Assembly: GCF_018977255.1 (NCBI RefSeq)
Contig: NW_024704755.1
Span: forward strand, 15,562,001-15,626,000
DNA: 64,000 nt
Direction of reading: 5' to 3'
DNA from: Callorhinchus milii
Lineage: Eukaryota
Shown piece by piece: positions 1 through 12,390 of the stretch. Position 1 is the stretch's first letter. Each line of letters opens with the position of its first letter. The notes below the pieces were generated by a model. That model had not been told where the DNA came from, ran no database searches, and saw nothing but the letters and a program-made list of their open reading frames with translations. Both the position numbers and the translations under genes were made by a program.

Positions 1-1400
1 AATTTGTTGCAGCCTAAAACTGATGTTAAAAAAACCTTTAACGTGTTACAAAAACCTTTAACATCAGTTTTAGTCTACACCATGAGAATCTGCTGACTCT
101 GGAGACAGGACACGGGGTACAGATTTTTAAGCCAAATGAACAGATTGGATGAAATTAATGCTATGAGCCAATGTATAACATTTCTTCTGAAACCTAAGCA
201 TTTAATCATTAAAAGCATTACCATGTTGACCGACTTTCCATATTTTATTAAATACAATTCAAAATCATAAATACAAATCTGATGATTTCAGTAACAGTAC
301 ATTATGTATCAGGTTAAAACAATATTTAGTAAACGTTTAATGATAGATATGACAAATAAAATATATTTTTCAGCTTTTACAAAGTCACATTTACCTTCCC
401 TACACTGCAACAATCACTTAAACAGTTTCTCTCTATAAACATAGTCGAATGTGCAGAGTGATCCAGGTGAATTAAAGAAATAACTAAATGCTAAAAATAA
501 TACTGTTTCAACTCATAATAATATAGTAACCTTTGGATAAATAAGAATAACGCTTTACACACGATTGGTTTTGTGAAAGCGCTTCACATGATTTACTGTT
601 TCTGTTTCAGGCGAAATTGCATCTTATTTGTATCCAGCAATGTCCCATAAACAGCGATGAAGTGAATGACCAATTTTCTTTGGGGAATTGTTGGCCAAGA
701 TACCCAGAGAACCGCTTTCCCTTTAGGAGCAATGCTATACGATCTTTAACTTATACCTGAACAGGCAGCGCAGAACAGGTTTTCACTTTTCATCAAAAGG
801 ATAAGAACAATTTGAATATATATATATATATAGCGCCCATCACATGGGGTAGCGGCTCCGAGGGTCTGGAACAACAGCTACGACAATACAGAACTCAGCC
901 ATTATGGCATTGGAGCTTCAGCCCAGAATTTTAGCTCAAAGTCTCGACTTTCGACTTAAACTGCCAAACTTCTGATTTAGAGGGAACATCAGAACTGTGT
1001 TGAGAGAAGGGAAAGATAAAGTGGAAATAAAGATGACGTTTGTCCCTGTGATGGATTGTAACAAGCGAAGGTGGATAATATGATATAGAGTAGGTTGCTG
1101 TGACACTGACTTCCTGTTTGATTGGGGTTGTGCAATGTAGCAGGTGTGGTGGGTGCAATGTCAAACCACACATCTTCAAAAACAATGTGAAAATAACAAC
1201 GCATCCTATTAATAGCAGAGAAAAAGCTGAACACATATCTAAATATAAAAAAATAGGTTTCAGTGTCACGATTGAGCTTGCAGTGTTTCCTGCAACGGAA
1301 AATGTTGTTTTGAGCATCAAGGCATGTCAAATTATTTATTATTGGCAAGTTATAAATCAAGGCAAGTAATTTCAGAAACGTACCAATTCAGTGGAGTATC
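1..1400. repeat. Segmental repeat block upstream of each subfamily-I gene (other copies ~8780-10075, ~22760-24400, ~37860-38280)
   Basis: Shared strings such as caccatgagaatctg, catgaatacaaatctgatgatttcagt and gtgaaagcgcttcacatgattta; implies another gene copy just left of the window. Confidence 0.85.
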
Positions 1401-1405
1401 TCTTC

Positions 1406-1685
1406 TGAGAGAGAGAGAGAGAGAGAGTGAAAGACAGAGACAGACTGACTCAGAGCAAGAAACAGATAGATAGAGAGATTGAGGGAGAGAAACTGAGTGA
1501 GAGAGAGAGACTGGAGAGACTGATATTCTGAGAGATACTAACAGACTGAAATAGAGAGACTGGGAGAGAGACTGAATGAGGGAGACTGAGAGAGACACAG
1601 AGAAAGGGAAACATTGAGAAAGAGAGAGAGAGAGACTGGGGGAGAAACAGAGACATCGAGAGAGAGAGGGGAAGACTGTGAGAGA
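1406..1685 (+). repeat. Imperfect (GA)n/(GAGACT)n microsatellite
   Basis: Directly visible; a larger paralogue lies at 24925-25380. Confidence 0.95.
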
Positions 1686-1899
1686 AAATATATCGAAGGC
1701 GTCCTCCCACGAAGTCCTCCCAAAAGGAGTCCTGTCACAGGAGTCCTTCCATCTGAGCATGATGTCTAAATGAAATGTGTGTCTGTCTGTCAATCTACAA
1801 TCCATATTGGATCATTTTGGTTGCAAGTGAAGCTGCAACGGGTTCAGCTATAATTCTATATATAGTTGTGTTATTTTCCCATCTTTTATACCTTTGTTT

Positions 1900-2680
1900 T
1901 TTTCCATTGGCACAAAATGTAAGAAATTGGTGTTTGAATCTGTTTTCTGACAATACAATTGTATTGTGGTGGCAGGGACCATGGCCTACTCCATGGGAAA
2001 AGGCATCATCCTCTGTAAGCAGAAGGAGGAGAAGGAGGAAAATAAGATCTGGCAACCGATGTCGGTGCTGAATGTAGATGATAATACCCTGGCAAGGGAA
2101 TCTCCGAGTGGATTAACACAATACTGTGAGAGTGATCTGCTCTGCCCAGACCTGTGTGGTTCCGGGCTGGAGGATCTCTGATAGCTTTGCGATACTGAGG
2201 GACACCATCGCCCATGTGCAGGAAGGTGGGAGGACGAAATCTAACTGATCCATGGCAATCAGAGTAAACCTTTGACAGAGTGACTGGTCTGCCCTATCAC
2301 TGCTTGAATAGCGAGGACCACTCTTCCCTTTAGGGTTTTGGCCTCCAGAGTTAGCAAGAAGATATCTCGCTCTCAGTGACTCGATTGCAACGTTCTTTTG
2401 CCAACCAAATATATTGAACCTAACTCAGCCACAAGGAGACCCAGTTTGCTTCCTCCCAACACGGACAGTCATTCGTGGCAATTAGGTAACCATTCAATCG
2501 CAGTTTACAGTCAGCATTGTATGGATAACAGATACCTGGAATTCCCTTTGAACCTCTTTGTGAGCAGTACAACTAAGCATTGAATGTGTGAGAGAATAGA
2601 GCCCCAATCTCATGCTCCTCTCGGCACACATTCGTACCGATTGAGTTGTGGCTCAACCATTTGTCCCTGTGCTGTTTCAC
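1900..2680 (+). mobile_element. Decayed L1/Tx1-clade LINE reverse-transcriptase fragment
   Basis: KGIIL.KQKEE.EE.K.WQPMSVLNVD..LA, then after a frameshift QTCVIPG.RISDSFALLRDTIAYV (read from the 25600-26290 copy). This matches the L1 RT motifs WRPISLLNVDYKILAK and DQT.FIPGR.I.D. Confidence 0.75.
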
Positions 2681-4044
2681 TGAAGCATTGAATGAATCAA
2701 TGAACAATAAACAATCTCAAGATTATTTTTTTAAAAAGACCTGTGTAAAAGTACAACAAACAGACAGTATTGCCCACAACACAAAGCTACAAAACATAAA
2801 TCCTGCAGTATATCCTGCCAAACACTTTCTGACATTGTGACTACATGATAAGGCACCATATCAAATTCATAGTCATTATTAGATATAACTTTGAAGTAAA
2901 CCCACAGCACAGCTCTGGCTGCACTTGTGTTGAGCCAGGACAAAGGCGTAGATCTCCAGAACGTCTCATGTCATTCGAACGTATATCTGTCATTGCACTT
3001 ATAATGAAATATTGTGCACAATAGGTACAACTACTTTGAGAAGCAATGATAAAAAAGCCACTAATAGCTGTAAGTAGTTAATAAACTTCTCTATTTTTAA
3101 TTTGAGAGCGCAATTTGCTTGTAATGCAATTATTTATCGACATTTTGAAATACAGCAGAACCATTGGGGCTTTATCTCTTAGTTGTTTCATGTTAGGTAT
3201 ATTTTTAGCAAATACGTGAACAGTTCAATGTCCATGGCACAAATTTTTCACTGGGTTGGATGAATTGCACCATATTTTGTTGATCAACTTTTAAACTAGC
3301 CTAAGTGTTGTTTTATTAATGCTGAAGAGACAGAGTGACTGGTTTGAGCAATTGATGTTTTTGTTGAGTAAAAGGCTGATTGAACATGTTAAACAATAGT
3401 TCTTTTAGTGGTTTTAGTTCGTGGCTGTTAAAATGATATTTTTTAATCAAAATATTCCATTGTGACTTTTACAAATCTTATCAGATTCATATTAAAAATA
3501 CCTTTGGCAATTAATTATGGATTATAGATAGAGGCGGCAATATTTTCCAAGAAATTTCCTAAAGATATACAATGTATTAATAAATGTAGTTATGTTGAAT
3601 CGGATGCAAAAAGAAAAGCAGCAAAAGACTGAGATGCTAATTATTCGTTATGGTGTAAAACTACATTTAATATACACCAAGAGCAGTTTCTGTGCCTGTT
3701 GCATTACTTAGATCTTGGCTCCCTGCAGATAGCTGCTGCTGCTCCTTCGTGGTTTCTCCGATGTAGCTCTAAATATTCTTAACAGTAGTGTAGGTTTTCC
3801 TGTTTTTTTGGAAGGATATAAATCCAGAACAGCACACGTTAGACTGTTCCCGGCTGCCCTTTGCTTGGTCTGAAAAGGCAATGTTTGAGAATTTAATTAC
3901 ATTCATTCATTTTTCCTCAGTTTTCAGAAATCTCCTCAAATATTTGCAAATTTGAATATGTTACAGCCTTGCCACATAGATTATTAGGTGAAGTTACTCC
4001 TCCTTACAGAACTGAGATCTGCAGAATTCAGCAGACACAATAAA

Positions 4045-5030
4045 ACATACAATACAAAATTGCATTTGTACAGCGCCATTCATGTCGGGAGGAGGTCCCA
4101 CTGGGCTGGAAAGTCAAGGTTTTGGATCTGAGCTGTTGGGTCAGGATCATGGAGGGTCGACGCATGGAGATTAGGAAGGTGACTGAAGACATTGTCATAG
4201 GCGGAGGGACTATGGGATGAAGTGGGGGCAGAGAGGCTGAAGGCCCATCTGCCAATGATGTGTCGGGCAAGTGGGGGACGTGAAGCAGACCAGAGGCTGC
4301 TGAGCGGAAAGAGCAGACATGTTGGTAGGGGTTTAGCAGGTCACAGAAGTAGAGAAGAGCAAGACCGTGAGGGGCTTTGAAGGTGAGGACCAGGATCTTG
4401 AAAGGTATCCTCTGAATGATGGGGAGCCCGAGGAGCTGGGCAAGGATTGGGATGAAAGGTTTGCGGAGCCTGGTATAGAAGAGGAAATGAACTGCAGAGT
4501 TCTGGATTATCTGCAGCCTATGGGGGATGGAGTATGGGAAGTCGACAAGCAATGACCTTTCTTTAATCGAACCTGGATGTGGTGAGTGCGTAGATGAGGC
4601 TCTCGGGGGCCTGGGGTAAGAGTCAGTGGTAGAACTGAGAAATATTGCGGAGCTTGTGAAAGGCAGAGTGGGTCATGGCACAGATGTAGGGGATGAAGGA
4701 CAGTTGAGGATCGAAAGGTACACCTATGTTCCAAATTGGCACCATGAAGTATAGAGTGCATCCATGAAGGGTGATGCTGTCAGCGCCCGAGGTATGAATG
4801 TGCTGACCAAAGCCAAGCACGAGAGTCTTCGTTGTGTTGATATTCGACTGGAGGAAGTTTGCTCTCATCCAGGAGTTGATGTCTGACAGGCTGTCTGTCA
4901 GGACAGCAGTAGTCCTGGAGTCGAGGGTGGAGGCAGAGTAGCAGAGTTGGGTATCATATACATACATGTCTATGGATGATGTCACCAAAGGGGAATATTG
5001 TAAATGTTGAAAAGAAGTTGACCAAGGACC
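4045..5030 (-). mobile_element. L2 LINE 3' fragment
   Basis: Minus-strand ORF remnants LQIIQNSA..., IPFKILVLTFKA.HGLA and DINSWMRANFLQ.N..KT are L2 RT C-terminal motifs. Confidence 0.85.
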
Positions 5031-5470
5031 AATAATAATAATCCTTGCTTTTGATATAGCACTTTATCACGTCATTGAGTCGTCCCAAAGCACTTCACAT
5101 GATATACTGTAAAGTGTATTGACTATACTTTTTTTCAATGGAACAGAATTAATTCCACATCTATATCAACCATTGGCTAGGAAAGAAAATTAAAAATCAA
5201 TCATCATTGATCTGCAGAGAAGTGGTGTGTACAGGTCACTGAATGTGATGTCCCAAGTGCCTCATAGATTAATACACACAATAACTAGTCTTACACAGAA
5301 AGAACAATTATCTGTCTGTACAGTGGTGGATTGCTGCCACTATATCACAGCTCAGATCAGCGACATGGAGAGAAAATATTAGAAGAGAAAGAAAGATGAA
5401 CCACAGGAAAAAACAAACTAGTTGATAATAAACAATGGAGTTCTGCTACATACATACATTTATTGATATA

Positions 5471-5577
5471 CCAGTTGTACCCGTTGCAGCTTTGCTTGCA
5501 ACCAAAAGATCCAATATGGAAGGTGGATTGACATACAGACAGACACATAGACAGAAACTTGTCTTTATTAGTGTAGA
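5471..5577 (-). mobile_element. 107-bp mini-Helitron
   Basis: A|TCTACACTAATAAAG start, (TGTC)n stretch, subterminal hairpin, CTGG|T end (CTRR consensus, AT target). Confidence 0.55.
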
Positions 5578-5744
5578 TAGATAATCATATAAAATTATAT
5601 AAATAAGGGGAAGGGAGAGTTGGAGGGGCTTAAGTCCAGTGGAGGGGCTAAACCCCAGCCAAGGGTGATGTCCCAACTCGAGCCCTAAACTTCACCCTCC
5701 CCGGCTAGTTGCTGCGAGGCCACGGTGCAGAAGATCAACAACAA

Positions 5745-6390
5745 CAACTTAAACTTACACTGCCCTCCAAATAGGGTAGTATCTCAGAGTGCTTAACAGT
5801 GGCGGAGCCAGACTCGATCCGGGGAGAGGGAGGTGACCGTAAGCATGGTCGAAAAGGAAACTTTTAAGGTGGAACTTAAAAAAAGAGAGAGAGGGGGCAA
5901 AGCAGAGGGATTGCGAGAGAGTGTTCCACTGTTTTGGGGCACGGTGGCTGAAAGTGCCACCTCCGATCGTGGAGCGGAGGGTGCGACGGACAAGTAGGAG
6001 GCCAGTGCCAGTCGAGCAGAGGCACCGGCTATTGGATTCGGGGATGAGAAGATCGAAGAGTAATGGTGGTGCCAGGAAGCGAATGGATTTCAACAGGAGT
6101 GTGAGGATCTTGAAGTCGATCTGTTCAGTGATGGAGAGCCAGTGGAGCCTGGCCAGAACTGGTGAGATGGGGTTCCTGGTAAGTATGCTGGCAGCAGGGT
6201 GAGAATGAGCTGGATTTTTGATTTGTAGAACTGGTGATCAGTGAGTTTGAGTAATCCAGATGGGTTTCAGCTGCATTTGGGGTAAGGTACGGTCAGAGGC
6301 GGGCAATCTGGTGAAGGTAGTGGAAGGCGGTCCTTGTCAGGGACCAGATGTGGGGGAGGAAGGACAGCTGAGGGTCAAACCAGACTCTTA
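5745..6390 (-). mobile_element. L2 LINE 3' fragment
   Basis: RTLRSTIGGGTFSHRAPKQWNTL...FKFHLKSFLF with a (ttg)n tail. Confidence 0.85.
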
Positions 6391-6977
6391 GATTGTGCTA
6401 CAAAACGTAGAACTACTGTAACATTAGTTATAGTAATATAGTTCAGGACATGACATGTGACTGCCAGGATGGTGGAAGGCGAACTAGATGGACCTTGGTC
6501 TTCTTTTGCCGAGCAAATTCTTATATTCTAAAGCTTTTATAGCAGCCAGTTTTCCACACAGCAAAGGACCACAAATATTCATGAAGCAAATAATCAAACT
6601 TCCCGGGGGATACATTGCACGGACATATCAAAGTAGAATGTCTCTTCTATTTTCGAATAATACCACAGGATCCTTAAGGTCCACCTCAGGAGGCAGAAGG
6701 GACCTGATTTTAATGACTCACCCAAAGAGCAGGAAGTCACAGTGTGATCCCTTAGCATTGCATTGGATTGTAATGGGACAGTCTGAATAAGTGGGTTCAG
6801 GATAGAATAACGTATTAAATTGAGTTCTACTTACTGTGGTGGGTGAGGTGTGTGGGTGGTGGGGGAGATATAAAGGTTTGAAAACATTGCTTAAAACAAT
6901 TATTATGCAAATCAAAACAAAATTCATTCCAAAATTACATTTGTATAGCGCCTTTCACATTTGACAGGACGTTCCAA

Positions 6978-7235
6978 TCATAGAATTATAGAATTACACA
7001 GCACAGAAGAAGGAGATTCGGCCATCGTGTCTGTCCTAACTCTTTGAAAAAAGCTATCCAAATCAAGCCCACTCCCTGCGCTCTCCACATAGCCCTGCAG
7101 ACTTGTCCTCTTCAAATAATTATCTACTTCTCTCTTAAAATTTGTTATTGAATTGGCTTCCACCATCCTTTCAGGTAATGCATTCCAGATCTGAACAACT
7201 CGCTGCGTCATAATATTTCTGCTCATATCCCCTGT
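6978..7235 (-). mobile_element. CR1 LINE 3' end
   Basis: QRVVQIWNALP...NFKREVDNYL is the CR1 ORF2 C-terminus. Confidence 0.8.
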
Positions 7236-10084
7236 TTCTTTTAACTACTGCAACCAAAGCACTGGACAGTCAGGGATTTGGACCTGGGGGATGTGGAGGG
7301 TTGAGGGCAGGGAAGGTAAGAAGTGGCTGAAGTCTCGGTCGAAGAGGATGGTTGTGATTCGCGCCTTGAAGGAGGCAGCATCATTGACCTGAAACATGAA
7401 CCCATTTTTCTCTTTCCATCGTCTGCTGAGTGTTCCAGCAACTTCTCTTTTTGTTTCAGATTTCCAGCAACTCGAATTCCCACTTTGCTGTGTTGTATAA
7501 ACCCACCGGCTCACATCAGTACAGTAACAAAGAGGCCAAACTTCAGTTGAAGAATATTCTATTGATAAATGTGTTTCATGTTCAATTAAAATCTGTTGCT
7601 GTGTGTTGTATATACAGTCGAGCGGAGAGAAATAAACAAATAATTTACGTATTTCAAGTCCAAAATGCCCCAATAGACTCCTTTCAATATTCTCGGTTGC
7701 TATTGTATTCCCATGTAGAATTAAACATGATCCAGTTCCATTTTGTGATGTTTTCCCTGATGGGCCACTGCAAAGAAATAGACTTCTGAGTCGTGGACAT
7801 TCACATTTATGAACTGGAATGTTTTCGAATCAAATATTTTCCTGTTGTCAGGTTTTGTGTGTAAGAATTTACTCTCCTTGTTTCCACCATTAAAATGTTA
7901 TCTCTGAACCTTATTATCAGTAACCTTGTAGGTGAATTTAAGGTTCTCATCTTTTAATGCTATCTATTCTTCAGGATACTGAATCACTTTAATTGTTTCA
8001 TCACCAGCAAATGAATTAACCTATAATTAGTGCTCATAATTTTTCTCGCCCACAAATATATAGTCAAATCACTTTACAGTATATTCTGTGAAGCAATTTG
8101 AGACATCCTGAAGAAGTGAAAAGCGCTACATTAAATGCAAGTATTATTATTATTAAACAGAGGAAGAAAAGGGAAGAAATAAATAAGCGAGCGAGAGAAA
8201 GATGGAAGAAAGTGAGACCGATCTATTCACTTTACACATTTTGAAACTCTTCTTCTGTATCGTATTGTAGTTAAACTATGCTATAGTAAAATTACATAGC
8301 TCTGGAAAAAATTCTCATTAGAGAAAGATAAGGGAAAACATCACTTACCGCCATTGTAATCACTTGTTGAGAGTCTCCCTGAACCAGTTGCTGGGTATAA
8401 CAAATGTTTTCTGATTGATTAATATGAAATACCTTGCAATGTCTTATGACTTACTGTATCCGTGGTTCAGAAATGAGTTGGATACGATTGGAAACAAGAG
8501 TGCTTTTCATTAGTAAGTGGAATCACTCTTCAGATCAGCAGGAAATATGGTTAAATATTAGCAATTGACTTTTATTTTCTGCGGGTTGCATTATTTCTTA
8601 ATTTTTATACAAATCATTCACGTTTATAATAAGTAACTAGATGATACTAAAGCTGAAGTACAGACCTAAGGAAACAACATTCTATTCAGTTTAATAATAA
8701 TAATTATTGAATTTGATAGAGCGCCTTATCACGTCGTTGAGACGTCTCAAATTTCTTTAGAGAATATTTTGTGAGCAAAAAGTGAATATAATAAAGATTA
8801 GTTTGTTGCAGCATAAAACGGATATTAAAAAAATGTTTACCAACAATCTTAGGCTACACCACGAGAATCTGACAAATCGAATGAAAAGAAATGGAGTACA
8901 TGGAGTGATCTGTAAGGCAATTGCAAAGATTGGATTCATTTAAATTTTTAAAGCTATTTGAAATCATGAATACAAATCTGATGATTTCAGTACATTGTGT
9001 ATCAAGTTACAATAATATTTAGTAGAAGTTTGACGATAGATATGACAGAAGTAAAATACATTTTTTCCATTGTTGCAGCAATATTTATGTTCCTTACAAC
9101 TTCTACAATCAAGTGAACAGTTTCTCTCTATAAACACAATTCAATATGTAGCTCACGATTCAAGTGTCCAGGTGAAATAGAGAAATAACTGAATGGTGAT
9201 AATAATGATTCAACTACTAATTAAATAATCACCCTTGAATAAATAATAATAACAATTTACACAAGGCTGTTTGTGTGAAAGCGCTTCACATGATTTATTG
9301 TTTCTGTTGCAGGTGAAGTTGGCATCTTATTTGCACGCAGGAATGTCCCAGGAATAGCTATGAAGTAAGTGACCAAGTTTCTTTGGGGAATTGTTGGCCA
9401 TGATACCAGGGGCCATTTTCACTTTAGGAGCAATGCTATGAGATCGTTAACTTACACCTGAACCGGCAGCACAGACCTCGTTTCAACATCTTATCTGAAG
9501 GATAAGAACAACAAGTTTGAAATATGTAGCGCCCATCACGCAGGAGAGAGTATTCGAGCATCTGGAACTACAGCTACGACAATACAGAATGAACGCTTTA
9601 AGGCATTGGAGCATCAGCCTAGAATTGTAGCTCAAAGTCTCGACCTTGGACCTGAACCTACAACTTTCTGATTCAGAGGGACATCACCGGAACTGTGTTG
9701 AGAGAAGGGAATTATAGAGCGGACAATGACGTTTGTCCCTGTGATGACCGTGAAACGATATTTGAATCACTTTGTTTGTAGATTTGCCAGCATCGATCAG
9801 AAAATAATCTCAATCACTGATTTATGCCTCGGGACGTCCTCCCGATGTAAAAGGCTGTATATAAATTAAGTTTGTTTTTGATATCATCGATTTCTTACAT
9901 TATGTGCCATGGGGGGAAAATGAGGAAAGAAATCGTAACTGTATTGAAATGAATTTGAGCACACTTTCTGCTATCTGAGTTTATTTCACCTTTAGTAATC
10001 ACATGTAATACAGACATGTACAGAAAGGCACCACTCGCTGTGTCTGACTCTGATGGCCTGTAACACGTGAACATAGATTATCCC

Positions 10085-11145
10085 ACGGTATTAAAGGAAC
10101 AGTGACGGCATGGCTACAGAAGTTGTCTGGGAGACAGAAAGCAGAGATTGGTGGTGAACAGTTGTTTTTCTGACTGAAGTGTGCAGTGATATCCCCCAGG
10201 GGTCAGTATTGGAACAACTGTTGTTTCTGATCAATATAAATGACCTGGACCTGCGTATCGGGAGTACAATTTCCAAGTTTGCAGATGACACTGAGCAAGG
10301 AAAAGTAATCAAAAGTAATCAGGAGGATAGTAGCAGACTGCAAAAGGAGATAGACAGACTGGTAAAATGGACAGTCACATGGCAGATGAAAATTAATGTG
10401 GAGAAATACAAAATGATGGATTTTGGGAGGAAGAATGAGGAGAGGGAATATAAGTTAGATGGTATAAAAGGGGTGAAGAAACAGAGATACATGGTCGTTC
10501 ATATAAGTAAATCTGTGAAGGTGGCAGGACAGGCAGATTATCTGTGAAAAAAGCATATGGGATATTAGACTTTATAATAATAATAATAATCCTTGCATTT
10601 GATATAGCGCTTCACGTCGGGAGGACGTCCCAAAGCGCTTCACAGAACACACTGCAAAGTGAATTGACTGTATATTTGTAGGCGAACGCGGCAGCCAATT
10701 GCGCACAGCAATGTCACACAAACAGTCGTAGATTGAAAATGACCAATTTATTATTGTTTTTTTTGGTTTTTTTTTGGAGGGATTATTATTAGGCGTGTGG
10801 AGTAAGGAAACTTGCCCAAGGTTTCGCCCTCTGCCTGGAATTGAACTCAGGTCTCTGACTTGCAAAGCGAGTACTCTAACCACTGAGCTACAGGACTCCA
10901 CGGGCGGAAAATACAAAAGTTAGAAATTTATGATGAACCTTCATAAAATACTGGTAAGAGTACTCAGTTAGAGTACTGTGCTCAGTTCTGTGTGCCAATC
11001 TTTAGGAAGGATGTCAAGGCTTTGGAGAAGGTGTAAAGGAGATTCACCAGTATGGTACCAGGAATGAGGGATTTCAGTTATCAGGAGAGAGTAGAGAAGC
11101 TAGGATTATTCTCCTGAGAGCAGAGAAGGTTAAGAGGAGAAACTA
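10085..11145 (+). mobile_element. CR1 RT fragment interrupted by a SINE
   Basis: DIPQGSVLEQLLFLININDLD...ISKFADDT. Confidence 0.9.
10572..10899 (-). mobile_element. Near full-length tRNA-derived SINE (other full or partial copies at ~12420-12660, 15995-16345, 28925-29120, 30980-31150, 45990-46215, 49380-49680, 55830-56030, 59720-59930)
   Basis: Head has A box TAGCTCAGTGG and B box GTTCAATTCC; tail is gcgctatatcaaatgcaagg(att)n. Confidence 0.88.
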
Positions 11146-11169
11146 TTTCCACTGGCTTGCTCGTCCTGA

Positions 11170-12390
11170 GACGTGCCTTTGACGGAGGCAAGGGAGGGAG
11201 CAAAGTGAAGGCAATGTGGGATGGAATACCAAGGTTTGGGGGTAGAGAGGGTGAAGGCCCAACAGCCGATGGTGGGGTGGGCTGTGCAGGGGATGTGCAG
11301 CAGGCCGGAGCCCGCTGAGCGGAGAGAGTGGGCAGGTTGATAAAGGATTAGCAGTTTACAGGGTTAGGAAGGGGCAAAGCCACGAAGGGCCTTGAAAGCG
11401 AGAGTGGGGATTTTGAACTTTACCCTCTGGAAGGTTTCCCATTACACCAATTTACTCAATACAAATTGACACAATGATTCAAAGAAAAGGTCTTTATTCA
11501 CACACAAGCAGCAACAGTCTGCATTTATGTTGATATTATATCATCACATTAGCATTCAGTTTTATCCAGCATAACAATCGAAATGTATATAACCCGCGAT
11601 AACACCACACTCTGACTGGAGAAAGCCGTCCTTCCTTACAGACCTCACTTCTCCTCGTCTCAAATCTTTCCGCGTAACACTCTACTTTGTGTTTCTATTT
11701 CTATCATCCATTATTTTTAGCAATGCAGCTGCATGCATACATCCTCTAATAGTTATGAGTTACTTCTCTTAATCTTTCAGCACTGTTTACTCTTTTCCTG
11801 TCTCATGTATTTCAAGGAGGCTTTCTGTACAAGGTGCAACCAACTTGATCTACTCCCTTGATTATGCCCCATCTTCGTAATATCGCCTCCTGATCATGTC
11901 CCATTCCTTTGCCCCAAGCTTGATTTGCACGTGAAACCCTCGGCACCTTTTGGAAAAAAATTCTATTGATGAGTTATTTGGTCTATTTGCTCTGCACCTC
12001 TGAGGGATGGGGAAAACAGTGCAGCCGGGTAAGGGAGGCGGTGATTGGGTCACAGAACCAGGTGCAGGTGAGAACATGAGCTGCAGAGTTCTGGATGATC
12101 TGCAGCTTGTGAATGGAAGAGAAGGGAAGTCCAACAAGCAGAGAATTGTCCTAATTGAACCTAGATGTGATGAAAGTGAGAATGAGGGTTTTGTTGGGCT
12201 GAGGCAGTGGTGAAGCCAGGTGATATTGCGGAGGTGGGGGAATGCACATCAAGTCATGGCATGGATGAGTGGGAGAAAGGACAGTTGAGGTCAAACAAGA
12301 TACCAAGGTTCCTGACTGGTTCAGTGAGGTGGACAGTGCTTCCTTAGATGGTGATGCTGCCAGTGCTTGAAGTGCGGAGGCAATGGTAGG
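11170..12390 (-). mobile_element. L2 fragment split by a solo LTR
   Basis: The L2 sequence is continuous across 11427/12001. Confidence 0.75.
11428..11996 (-). mobile_element. Solo LTR, 569 bp
   Basis: TG...CA termini, 4-bp target-site duplication CCTC (11424-11427 and 11997-12000), AATAAA on the minus strand near 11493. Confidence 0.72.

Larger units (their letters stand above)
3708..8354 (-). pseudogene. Gene 1: SIRP-like V-C1 receptor pseudogene (leader, V and terminal exon remain; C1, TM, linker and cassette exons deleted)
   Basis: Leader 8300-8354 (MAVSDVFPYLSLMRIFSR) has its donor changed GT>CT. The V remnant at ~7712-8010 lacks both acceptor and donor, carries in-frame stops (VIQYPEE*) and has B-strand Cys>Tyr. 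Terminal exon homologue 3708-3869 reads TKQRAAGNSLTCAVLDL. No C1 or TM sequence lies between 5450 and 6600. Confidence 0.85.

Noticed and set aside
48-56. Perfect RSS nonamer ACAAAAACC, and scattered CACAGTG heptamers (e.g. ~18873, ~33696, ~33738, ~42934)
   Set aside because: In the cases I checked there is no partner heptamer or nonamer at 12 or 23 bp spacing, and none flanks a V exon.
1350-1805. Long Ser/Leu-rich ORFs here and at 24899-25608
   Set aside because: They are translations of (GA)n/(TC)n microsatellite.
1966-2181. Duplicated ORF MVAGTMAYSMGKG... as a possible host exon
   Set aside because: It is a frameshifted L1/Tx1 RT motif region carried along by segmental duplication.
8359-8400. 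Apparent 42-nt exon or GTGAGT donor upstream of the subfamily-I leaders
   Set aside because: The frame and splice dinucleotides are not conserved among the copies; this is 5' UTR sequence, and the true leader starts just downstream.
10820-10899. tRNA-Ala(TGC)-like sequence
   Set aside because: It is a SINE head fused to the SINE body and tail, repeated in degenerate form; not a tRNA gene.
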